The position numbers and the translations under genes are program-made. Below the pieces are notes generated by a model. The model was not told the origin of the DNA. It did not search any database and worked only from the letters and a program-made list of their open reading frames with translations. From NCBI GenBank assembly GCA_951406725.2, contig OX597816.1:31992001-32056000 (forward strand): a DNA stretch of 64,000 nucleotides, given 5' to 3'. Shown here one piece after another: positions 27,631 through 38,090 of the stretch (position 1 is its first letter; each line of letters opens with the position of its first letter). Source of the stretch: Octopus vulgaris. Its lineage: Eukaryota.

Positions 27631-28332
27631 TATATATATATATATATACTAATCAACAGTATAATATTTGAAAGTGAAAATTTACAGCAATATAAATAGT
27701 TCATTACAACAGAAACATTAAAATGCTGATTAGTACTTCTCACACTGAAGCTGGCCGCAATTTGACGGTAAACAATTAAAGACTCCAACAGATTTCAACC
27801 TGGCACATACAGGTAGAATTTCAAAAGGTTGAAACGTAGTGGGGAAGGTAGATTTTTTTATATCAAACCAGAAACCGGTACACATATATATTTGTATCGT
27901 TACAAATACAGATTTATGTGATATTGGTATCTGAGGGTCTTTTTCGACCTGCTAGTTGAATATGTGGCTTTCAGTGCTAACATTTACTGGTCCAAATAAT
28001 GGTTTTGATTCTTATTTCTAGGGAGTAGATACATTAATGTGTACTTATGTACTTATATATATACAAGGATTTCTTGCATAAAATGATAGAAAACCAAGGT
28101 TGTGTAGATATTAGAGCGTTTATAGATATAAATGTTCTAATATCTATACAGCGTTCGTTTATTTTATTTTATTACACCAAAAATTCTTATAACACACGCT
28201 GACATAGAACCAAAGTTGCACCCTTTCTTCGCAATACTACCGAGTCTGAACTTAACTATAGTCTGTCTATAGCATTTATTCAGCAGTACCTGGCCCCTTT
28301 CGGTCTCAATGAGACTATTGAGACTATTATCT

Positions 28333-28396
<64 letters not shown>

Positions 28397-28687
28397 TAGA
28401 TATAGAGATATAGATAAATAGATAGATAGATTGATACCCATATAATTTCAAAGTAATGTGATTAAAATCCAAAATAAGTAACAAGGATATCCAGAGGTAA
28501 TTCAGTACGATCGTTTCAAGCAACTCGATTTAATTGAACAATGCAATTATTACATCATTTTTAATGTAGAACAATCCTCAACTGCATGAAAGACAAAGAA
28601 TTTAATTAAATTACAACAGATGGACACATTAGTATAACTTTACCTATTGTGTGTATATGTGTTTCGTTCTTCAGCATGACAGTTTAT

Positions 28688-28718
<31 letters not shown>

Positions 28719-28721
<3 letters not shown>

Positions 28722-28822
28722 ATAATCTGTCATGCTGAAGAACGAAACACACTGCCTCCCTCCGTAAAGCGAACTCACTACCTCGTGATTTTGAGCCTGA
28801 CGATCTAACCACTGAGCCATGG
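28719..28822 (-). mobile_element. Truncated tRNA-derived SINE head (Meta-like)
   Basis: Minus strand atggctcagtggttaga...gtgagttcg...tgtgtttcgttcttcagcatgaca. Confidence 0.7.
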
Positions 28823-29588
28823 TTGTTATCAACTTAATTCCTTCCCCGAAATTACAGGCCTTTTCACACAATTTAGAACCAATTTTATTTATAAAAATGT
28901 AAAAGACAATATGCGCTGACAAAAAATCTGCGTAAGGAACAATTGTTGCCTTGACAAATAAATTTGGTATTTCTACAAATTAAAACCATATCCCATGTGA
29001 ATATTGTTATATTAGTTGATAAAGACTTATTCTCAAGGGATCGCCCAATATTTAAAACACCATATACTTAATTTTATTGAAATTATGATAAAATAATACA
29101 AATAAAGGTCAATTAAATTAAAATAATTAACTAAAAAGAAAATTATATATCCTACAGCTTAATTAAAATAAGTTAATAACTGCAAAATTCCCAACTTATA
29201 GCGTATACCAGTAACGTAACATGATAACAATAACGAAAGCAAAATTTACTACAATAATGATGATGATGATGATGGTGATGACGATGGATTTAAATCACAA
29301 AATGCATGTTAAATGGAAAATTTTGAAAGGGAATCACGTAATAAAAAAAAAACGTAAAACAGGATGCTTTCGAAAGGTTACATCTATGATATTTATGGAG
29401 ATGCAGCTAATTTGATAATTGTACAGAAATGACTCATGCTTCATAATATTTACAAACTTATTTCTTTTGCTCTAAATAAACAGGCACACACACACACACA
29501 CGCACGCATGCACGTACACAGGCACACACAAACACGCACACACACACACACGTATCTATTTATGTTTGTATACGTGAACACATACATA

Positions 29589-30474
29589 CGTGGTCTGAGC
29601 AATAATTATTAGGTGTGTTGCCTTAGTAACGAACCTAATATATGCAGAGTAAAACCGCTTGGCACATATTTGCCTTGAATAATCATGTACATGCGCACTA
29701 AGTTTAAACGTTCTAGCTCACATCTGCTTTTAACAGAAGTGTTTGGAATTGACGTGTATATTGTGTAATCGTCGTTTTGGACATGACAGAACGTTGAGCA
29801 GAAAAGCTGCATTAAATTTTATAAAATGCATGGTGATACCTGTTCAGAGGCCTACGGAAATTTCTTAAAATATTCTCATCTTTTTCGACCCAGGCAATAT
29901 ATTACTTGTACAACTGAAACCCGAGTGTTTATTTGGTCACTGAAAAGCAGTTTTGTCCTAAACTTGTCGGGCACTAGTCTCATAATTAAAACTTCAGTGA
30001 TAACGGACGGAACTGAACCGCAACTAGTCTTCACAATTTTTTGATATCACACGGATGATGATTCAATGATACCCCTCACGTATGCGCACATATCTGCGAT
30101 TTTTTTCTCGGTTCTGCAGGTCTTCCAGAATGTTCATCTCTATCGATATTTCTTCGGCTAATTTGTAAATGTCTGAAACACTCCTACACTTGAAGGTGGC
30201 TCATCACACATCTCCATACACTGTCTGCAACTTTGCGTAGGCCTCTGAGCAGGTATCTCCATGACAACGTTCTCTACCATGGTCAATGTAACGATAACAC
30301 GCTACACACGTTAACTCCAAACAGTACTGAAAATAGCGGAAGTGCGCTAGAATGTTAAAACTTAGCCCCAGTGTCCGAAAGAGTTCAAGGTCAATATATT
30401 CCAAGTGGCTATATTGTGCGGGCTTTAGCTTCCACATTATGTCAACAAAATCGATACTTATTGTTCAGACTACA
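29589..30474. mobile_element. Mariner composite of two convergent 5' halves
   Basis: TIR-like ends cgtggtctgagcaataa and ttattgttcagactaca, each with a flanking TA. Both strands encode HGDTCSEAY (mariner N-terminal HTH). The minus copy continues as AKLQTVYGD. Confidence 0.78.
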
Positions 30475-30726
<252 letters not shown>

Positions 30727-30728
<2 letters not shown>

Positions 30729-31019
30729 GAGGCGCAATGGCCCTGTAGTTAGGGCAGAGAACTCGCGGTCGTACGATCGCGGTTTCGATTCCCAGACCGG
30801 GCCTTGTTAGTGTTTATTGAGCGAAAACACCTAAAAACCTCCACGACGCTCCGGCAGGGGGTGGTGATCCCTGCTGTGCTCTTTCACCACTCTTTCTTCT
30901 GTTGGCCTGCTCGCTTTGCCAGCGGGGTGGCGTCATTCAAAGGTTAAAACAATGCGAACGCATTGTGACCAGCGATGTGTAACAATATCTGATGGTCTGG
31001 TCGTTCACGTGATCACGCG
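30727..31019 (+). mobile_element. tRNA-derived SINE (tggaggcgcaatggcc family)
   Basis: A box tggccctgtagttagg and B box ggtttcgattccc. Matches 27054-27352 and 57770-57969. Confidence 0.88.
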
Positions 31020-31326
31020 ATATATATATATATATATATAATTTCAACAATTGAGGGTAAAATTAATTAATTATTAATCAATTTCACCAAGTGTTCAGTA
31101 TGCAAAGGGACCATTTAAGGCAAATTCAAATTATTACATTATATAAAAGGGCTTAGTAAAATAAATTACTTTGCCGCATACTGAACTCATTAGAAATAGC
31201 AGCTAAAAAACTTTTTTAAAACTATTTCTAATACTTAAAGAAAACCTCTCTCATATAGTGTTTGCTCAACTCAACTCACGAAAGTTTGGGGGTAAAGACA
31301 TCAAAAAATCAAATGCAAAGGTTATT

Positions 31327-31378
31327 TGAGAACGTACGTTTCAAGATTAGTCAACACGACACTTCTATCATCAGCTCA
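31327..31378 (-). ncRNA. Type I hammerhead-like motif (inverted copy)
   Basis: Reverse complement of 31661-31712. Confidence 0.62.
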
Positions 31379-31660
31379 GAAACTCCTTGGTTTGGATTTG
31401 AAAACACTGAAAGTGAGAGCATACCCTTTCGGCTTCTCATCGCTTTCGAAGATCTGCTCGCAACTAACAGATTTTAACGAAATAAGCATAGTGTTTGCTG
31501 ATTTTAACCCACGCTGGTGGAAAGGGGAGAACAGAAATTCTTCGCTTGCATATTTGAGTTTGTTGGCACTGTTAGCTGCGAGCAGATCTTCGAAAGCGAT
31601 GAGAAGCCGAAAGGGTATGCTCTCACTTTCAGTGTTTTCAAATCCAAACCAAGGAGTTTC

Positions 31661-31712
31661 TGAGCTGATGATAGAAGTGTCGTGTTGACTAATCTTGAAA
31701 CGTACGTTCTCA
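31661..31712 (+). ncRNA. Type I hammerhead-like motif
   Basis: tgag-CTGATGA-tagaagtgtcgtgttgactaatctt-GAAA-cgtacg-TT-ctca. Palindromic stem III and a GUU site. The first pair of stem II is T/T, which is non-canonical. Confidence 0.65.
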
Positions 31713-32220
31713 AATAACCTTTGCATTTGATTTTTTGATGTCTTTACCCCCAAACTTTCGTGAGTTGAGTTGAGCAAACACTATATGAGAGAGATTTTCT
31801 TTAAGTATTAGAAATAGCTTTAAAAAAGTTTTTTAGCTGCTATTTCTAATGAGTTCAGTATGCGGCAAAGTAATTTATTTTACTAAGCCCTTTTATATAA
31901 TATAATAATTTGAATTCGCCTTAAATGGTCCCTTTGCATACTGAACACTTGGTGAAATTGATTAATAATCAATTAATTTTACCCTCAATTGTTGAAATTA
32001 TAATTAATCTCCCTCTAATTAATGCTTCGGATTTTACCGAAATAAGCATAGTGTTTGCTGATTTTAACCCACGCTGGTGGAAAGGGGAGAACAGAAATTC
32101 TTCGCTTGCATATTTGAGTTTGTTGGCACTGTTAGTTGCGAGCAGATCTTCGAAAGCGATGAGAAGCCGAAAGGGTATGCTCTCACTTTCAGTGTTTTCA
32201 AATCCAAACCAAGGAGTTTC

Positions 32221-32272
32221 TGAGCTGATGATAGAAGTGTCGTGTTGACTAATCTTGAAACATACGTTCTCA
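32221..32272 (+). ncRNA. Type I hammerhead-like motif (second tandem copy)
   Basis: Same as 31661-31712 but stem III is catacg (one substitution). Confidence 0.55.
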
Positions 32273-32453
32273 AATAACCTTTGCATTTGGTTTTTTGATG
32301 TCTTTACCCCCAAACTTTCGTGAGTTGAGTTGAGCAAACACTTATATAGAGAGGTTTTCTTTAAGTATTAGAAATAGTTTTAAAAATGTTTTTTAGCTGC
32401 TATTTCTAATGAGTTCAGTATGCGGCAAAGTAATTTATTTTACTAAGCCCTTT

Positions 32454-32507
<54 letters not shown>

Positions 32508-32520
32508 ACGTATATATACT

Positions 32521-32584
<64 letters not shown>

Positions 32585-32618
32585 TATTGAAGTTTGCTTC
32601 AACATTGTGTATTGTTTG

Positions 32619-32889
32619 TAAAGATTAAGAGTTTTGAATGGTACAACAATGCACTATAATATAGACAATGGCCTATCTACCTTTTGTAGGTTAGTCGTCC
32701 AATCTCTGAATGAAAAAGAATAACCTTTAGGGACCGATTACAGCAGCGACTCCATCTAAGAATATTTGAAGAGGGGATATTATTCTCAAATATCATATCA
32801 GACTATTGATGACTAAATTAGAACAGGTATATAGTCCGTTGTCTATATTATAGTGCATTGTTGTACCATTCAAAACATTTTATTCTTTA
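32619..32889. mobile_element. Foldback or MITE-like element
   Basis: Perfect 38-bp inverted repeat at 32631-32668 and 32839-32876, with imperfect complementarity continuing inward and outward. Confidence 0.7.
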
Positions 32890-32899
32890 TGAAATAGAA

Positions 32900-34060
32900 A
32901 ATTTGAAGAGTTATCCTAACATTCAACACCAAACGTAATGGTAAAAATAAGATAGAAAAAGCAGAAAACTACTAACAGCGTATCTAAGTCCCCATCCCAA
33001 AGCAAACTGTGACATAATAGCTCTACGTCGATCAGAAAGAAGCCGTTACTTTATACAAATAGATAATCATTATAAAACAACAGCAAATGGACCATTAAAG
33101 TAATTAGAAACTTTGAGGGGAAGACTACTGCAGTAAAGCAATATAAGAAAAAAAAGATTTTTCTCTACAAAACAGAAGTAAACTAGAGCGACACACTGAC
33201 CTCAGATGACAACATAGTAGAAATGATCTCTGAGATGAAACACAACATGGAAACTGAATTACAAATTATACTGAAAAAGAAATGGAGAGAAAAATCACTT
33301 TATGTCCAATAACCTGGATGATTTAACGTAGAGGAAGTGAGCCTCAGTATGGCTCAAAATCTTTGAAGTAAAGGCCAAATTGGAAGGACTGATTCTCGCT
33401 ACACAAGACCAATGCCTTACTACAAACAATTATTATAACAAAAGACTGAAAACAGGTCTGAAGACCAGATGATGAATGTGCAACCAGCACAATGAAGCTG
33501 TTGACCTCATCATCTCGGGATGCCAAATAATGGCCAAGTCTGAATATGTATACAGGTAAAACAAAATAAGCAATTATGTCCACTTGCCAACATTTACAAC
33601 ATCTAAACTGACAGCCGGTGGTATAAGAAGAAGCAAGCAAGGTTTAAGAAGACAATCAGTCCCCAATCATCTGGGATATACCGGTTCAAACCTACAAAGA
33701 AATAGAACCTAATCACCCAGACATAATAGCCAAGGATTGGGGAAGAAATACCTGCTTGCAGATAGATTTAACAATCCCTTCTGATTAAAATATCGTAAAA
33801 AAAAGTAGTGGGAAAATTGTCGAAGTACTAAGACCCCGAATGTGAAGTATTCAAAATGTGGGACATAAAGGTAAAAAGACAGTACCAATAATAATCGAGC
33901 ACTGGGCAGGTTACAAATACCATATGAAAAAAATGTAGGAGCTACACCTGGATCCTCTTCACAACAAACTGTACAAAATATAGCCCTGCTAGGAAAAGCC
34001 ACAAACTGCGCAATACAATCCAACAATATATTTTAAACAAACCAACCCGCAATTACAAGA
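32900..34060 (+). mobile_element. Old degenerate R4/Dong LINE
   Basis: KWREKSL, EGLILATQDQCL and IWDIPVQTYKEIEPNHPDII are colinear with the intact copy at 35066-37063. The 5' boundary is approximate. Confidence 0.8.
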
Positions 34061-34189
34061 CACTCTCTATATAACACTTACCCAGTGAAATAAACTCCCG
34101 TCAGAAAGGCAGAAGACCAAAGTATTACACACTCAACACAAGCAAAACAAGAACAAAATACAGCACCACACCTCAAAGAAGAAAGCTAA

Positions 34190-34744
34190 CACAATATAGT
34201 ACCTACAATATCTGAAAGGTTTAGCTCCTTAGATAAGGAGCAGGGGTAATCGCAAGGAAAGTAGGCAAGCTAAACAGCTTAGACAGAAAGTGAAGGATGT
34301 TGCTAGATATGGGATACTCCACCGAACAAGTGACGAAGACAGACTGTATGTACCAAGCAAAAGAGGTAGAAGGGGACTGATTTAATGCGAGCACAAAATT
34401 AGAGCGGAAGAAATCAACATAGTATGGTATGAAAAAAATTCCACAGAACCACAATTATTGGAAGTTAGAAGGTCAGGCGTATGAAGGATAGGAAATTGCA
34501 ATCATAAAGCAGTAGTACCGATAATTGTGGGAGCCCTGGGAATAGCGAGTAAAAATCTTAAGAAGTACATGAAACAAATATCGGATGCAATAAGGGTGGA
34601 GCACTTGCAGAAAGCCTTACTGCTTGGAACCGCTAGAATTCTCCGGAAGGTACTCGAAAAATAAGAGGTGTTACCTTAGTTCACTGCTAGAGAACAGCTG
34701 ACACCGTAGTACATCTCCAGTGTTAGGAGCTACGCAAAGCCAAT
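34190..34744 (+). mobile_element. Internally deleted R4/Dong LINE 3' end
   Basis: VVPIIVGALGIASKNLKKYMKQI...LQKALLLGTARILRKVLEK*, then a 3' UTR followed by (TAA)n. Confidence 0.85.
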
Positions 34745-35065
<321 letters not shown>

Positions 35066-37063
35066 ATGGAGAAGAACGATATTTTCCCGATAGAACAAAA
35101 AGGGTGCCGCCGAGGCTCTTACGGACGCAAAGATCAACTGCTAATCAATCGTATGATCCTTGAGAACTGTCACAAGCGCAGAAATCTCAGCACCGCATGG
35201 ATTGACTATAAAAAGGCCTTCGACAGTATACCGCATCCATGGATCTTGAGATCGCTGGACATCTTCAAAATTTCCCCTGTGATTTCAAACTTCCTGAAGC
35301 ACAATATGTCGTTGTGGAATACGAATCTCCAATTATACCACTCTAATGGAGTACTTGCCTCAGAAAATATAAATATCAACTGTGGAATTTTTCAAGGTGA
35401 CTCACTTTCACCTTTAATATTCTACATAGCCCTAATACACCTTACAAGTGAATTAAACAGAACAGGGTATGGGTATAAAATTGCCAATAAAAAAATAAGC
35501 CATCTATTTTATATGGATGACTTAAAACTTTATGGTAAAGACAATAATGAACTTGAAGGCCTATTGCGTACCGTGAAAGCATTCAGCGATGACATCGGGA
35601 TGGAGTTTGGACTTGAGAAGTGTGCCAAGGCCACTTTCCAGAAAGGGAAAGTGAAGACCACAAATTCAGTCGTGTTAGATGTTGACACAGTCATAAGAGA
35701 GCTTGAGCAAGAACAAACATACAAATATTTAGGGATAAATGAAGGCTCTGGTATTCAGCATGCAAGCATGAAAGAGAAGATCAGGAAGGAATGTTATAGG
35801 AGAGTCCGTGCAGTCCTGAATTCTGAACTAAATGCACGTAACCAAGTGTTAGCTATAAATTCCTTAGCAGTTCCAGTTGTTACTTATAGCTACAATGTGT
35901 TGAACTGGAATATGAGTGAAGTAAAGAATATAGATAGGAAAATACGCAAGCTGCTGAGTTGTAATAGGATGCACCACCCAAAGGCAGACGTAGATCGCCT
36001 TTACCTTCCCAGAGCCCAAGGAGGTCGAGGCCTGATCCAATTTGAACTAGCTTACAAAACAACCACAATTGGACTGGCCAAATATCTCGAAATATCGAAT
36101 GACTGGATGCTAAAGCTCGTGGAAAATCACGAGAGACGAAAGAAGCTTCATTCTATCATAAAGGAAAGCAAAAAATTTGCTATTGATCTCGTGCAGGATA
36201 CTCAAACTGAACAACCCGAGGGAAGTACGGCAACTATTGTTGCAAAGAAGGTGAAAATGATGGCAATGAAAAAAGCGCACGAGCAATTGGCTGATAGGTG
36301 GGAGGAGAAACCTCTGCACGGCAAATATGTGACCCGCAGCAAAAAAGCTGATGTTGACCAGAAGCAAGCCCATCAGTGGCTACGGAGCTCAGGGCTAAAA
36401 GCAGAGAGCGAAGGTTTCATCCTGGCTGCTCAAGATCAAAGCCTATTAACCCGGAACTACCAGGCCAATGTGATGAAAAATGGAGCAGACCCAAAATGCC
36501 GATTCTGCAACGACATGATTGAAACAGTGGACCACCTAATCTCTGGATGTAAAGTCTTAGCACCAGTGGAGTATAAATTAAGACATGACAGAGTTGGCCA
36601 ATATCTACACTGGCTAATACGTCGGCATTACAATATCAAAACTGCCGACAAGTGGTATAATCACCACCCTGAGACTGTAACTGAAGGAGAAAATGTAACC
36701 ATTCTGTGGGACTTTCCAGTACATACAGACCGAACCATCAAGGCCAATAAACCAGATATTGTTGTGAAAGACCAAAACAATAAAGTTTGCTTATTGATCG
36801 ACATGAGCATCCCCTGTGATCATAATATCTCAGCGAAAGAGTTTGACAAGCTCAGAAAATATAAAGACCTACTCATTGAAATTGAGAAAATGTGGCATCT
36901 CAAGGCGGTTACAATACCAGTGATCGTAGGAGCACTAGGAATGATCAAGAAGGGAACCGAAAATTATATGAGAATGATCCCTGGCTTACCATCCCTGCAA
37001 GAAGTGCAAAAGATTGTCTTAACTGGTACATCACACGTATTGAGAAGAGCACTGTCGATGTGA
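35066..37063 (+). CDS. R4/Dong non-LTR retrotransposon ORF, 5'-truncated: reverse transcriptase, CCHC knuckle, restriction-like endonuclease (665 aa)
   Basis: Uninterrupted ORF with EQKG, WIDYKKAFDS, GIFQGDSLSP, YMDDLKLY, YKYLG, CRFC...HLISGC and KPDIVVKD...LIDMSIP...KYKDL. Confidence 0.95.
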   Translation: MEKNDIFPIEQKGCRRGSYGRKDQLLINRMILENCHKRRNLSTAWIDYKKAFDSIPHPWILRSLDIFKISPVISNFLKHNMSLWNTNLQLYHSNGVLASENININCGIFQGDSLSPLIFYIALIHLTSELNRTGYGYKIANKKISHLFYMDDLKLYGKDNNELEGLLRTVKAFSDDIGMEFGLEKCAKATFQKGKVKTTNSVVLDVDTVIRELEQEQTYKYLGINEGSGIQHASMKEKIRKECYRRVRAVLNSELNARNQVLAINSLAVPVVTYSYNVLNWNMSEVKNIDRKIRKLLSCNRMHHPKADVDRLYLPRAQGGRGLIQFELAYKTTTIGLAKYLEISNDWMLKLVENHERRKKLHSIIKESKKFAIDLVQDTQTEQPEGSTATIVAKKVKMMAMKKAHEQLADRWEEKPLHGKYVTRSKKADVDQKQAHQWLRSSGLKAESEGFILAAQDQSLLTRNYQANVMKNGADPKCRFCNDMIETVDHLISGCKVLAPVEYKLRHDRVGQYLHWLIRRHYNIKTADKWYNHHPETVTEGENVTILWDFPVHTDRTIKANKPDIVVKDQNNKVCLLIDMSIPCDHNISAKEFDKLRKYKDLLIEIEKMWHLKAVTIPVIVGALGMIKKGTENYMRMIPGLPSLQEVQKIVLTGTSHVLRRALSM

Positions 37064-37231
37064 GAACTGTTGCTGCTCATGTATTTTAATTTAACTTAAA
37101 AAAAAAAAAAAGAACGAACTACTGAGTTTGGTTTAATGGCCTACCAATGTATACTATGAGTTTCTTTGCCCTAGGAGTCGGGAAGACACTCGGCAAGAAA
37201 TGGAAGCAAATTTGAAAGAAGAAAAATAAAA

Positions 37232-37232
<1 letters not shown>
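35067..37232 (+). mobile_element. Young R4/Dong LINE inserted in (TAA)n
   Basis: ORF plus a 3' UTR of about 170 bp, flanked by TAA repeats on both sides. Confidence 0.93.
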
Positions 37233-37272
<40 letters not shown>

Positions 37273-37286
37273 TATGAGTTATTATC

Positions 37287-37365
37287 ATACTATGAGTTTC
37301 TTTGCCCTAGGAGTCGGGAAGACACTCGGCATAAATGGAAGCAAATTTGAAAGAAGAAAAAAAAA

Positions 37366-37366
<1 letters not shown>
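37287..37366 (+). mobile_element. Second, about 80-bp copy of the Dong 3' terminus
   Basis: Near-identical to 37151-37232 and followed by its own (TAA)n. Confidence 0.9.
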
Positions 37367-37401
<35 letters not shown>

Positions 37402-37449
37402 TTAATAAAAATAATAATAAATATAATAATAATAATGACTCTTCCTGTT

Positions 37450-37760
37450 TTTTCTAGGTGTCGTCGGTACAATAAAATAGGGATGTCGGAAACATCTAGA
37501 TAAGTTCCCAGCAAAAACTTTATCTCAGATTATTTAAAAGCGTATTCTGACAAGTACTGCCCAAATACTTAGAAAAACTTAACCATTTAAATGTCCGTAC
37601 TGTATTATATGAAAATATTTCACTACTCACTCTGCCACTTCCCCACGCGAAGCTTTCACTCATGCTGTAACATATCTTGCCATTCACTCGGCTTAGGACG
37701 CTGGGTGTGTCTTGGCAAGGGATTGTAACAGATATGCAGAGTGAACTTTAAGAAAATTAA
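37450..37760 (+). mobile_element. Old R4/Dong 3' fragment
   Basis: VGTIK...KHLDKFP and LTSTAQILRKT. Tail cttaggacgctgggtgtgtcttggcaag resembles the Dong 3' end. Confidence 0.65.
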
Positions 37761-37789
37761 ATTCGGAAAATATAATTAATAATAAATAT

Positions 37790-38001
37790 CGTCATCAACT
37801 TCATGATCATCACCATTATTGTCGTGATGATGATGATGATTATCATCACCATTTTCCTCATCCTAATCATCATCCTCATATCATCATCATGATCATCATG
37901 ATCATAATGATGATCATCATGATCATGATCATGATCTTGATCATCATCATAATCATCATCATCATCATCATCATCACCACAACCATCATCGTCATCATCA
38001 A

Positions 38002-38047
<46 letters not shown>

Positions 38048-38090
38048 GTCGTCATTATCATCGTGATCGTCATTGTTGTCGTCATTATGC
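37790..38090. repeat. (ATC)n compound microsatellite
   Basis: Seen directly. Confidence 0.95.

Larger units (their letters stand above)
31037..32462. mobile_element. Non-coding hammerhead-bearing element: one inverted partial copy plus 1.77 tandem 560-bp units
   Basis: 31037-31470 is the reverse complement of 31569-32002. 31471-32030 is repeated directly at 32031-32462. Both ends are in (TA)n. Confidence 0.88.

Noticed and set aside
28285-28330. Hairpin gtctc-att-gagac followed by cgaaa on the minus strand
   Set aside because: There is no CUGANGA upstream. It is at most a truncated relic.
28732-28760. ctgaagaacgaaac resembling a minimal hammerhead core
   Set aside because: No stem I or stem III complementarity follows. 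It is the reverse complement of the SINE body.
30727-30800. tRNA gene candidates at SINE heads
   Set aside because: A and B boxes are present but run into SINE bodies, with no complete cloverleaf or terminator.
31262-32337. Repeated 70-133 aa ORFs (MLNSTHESLG...)
   Set aside because: They recur only because the DNA unit is repeated, start at non-ATG codons and show no recognisable domain.
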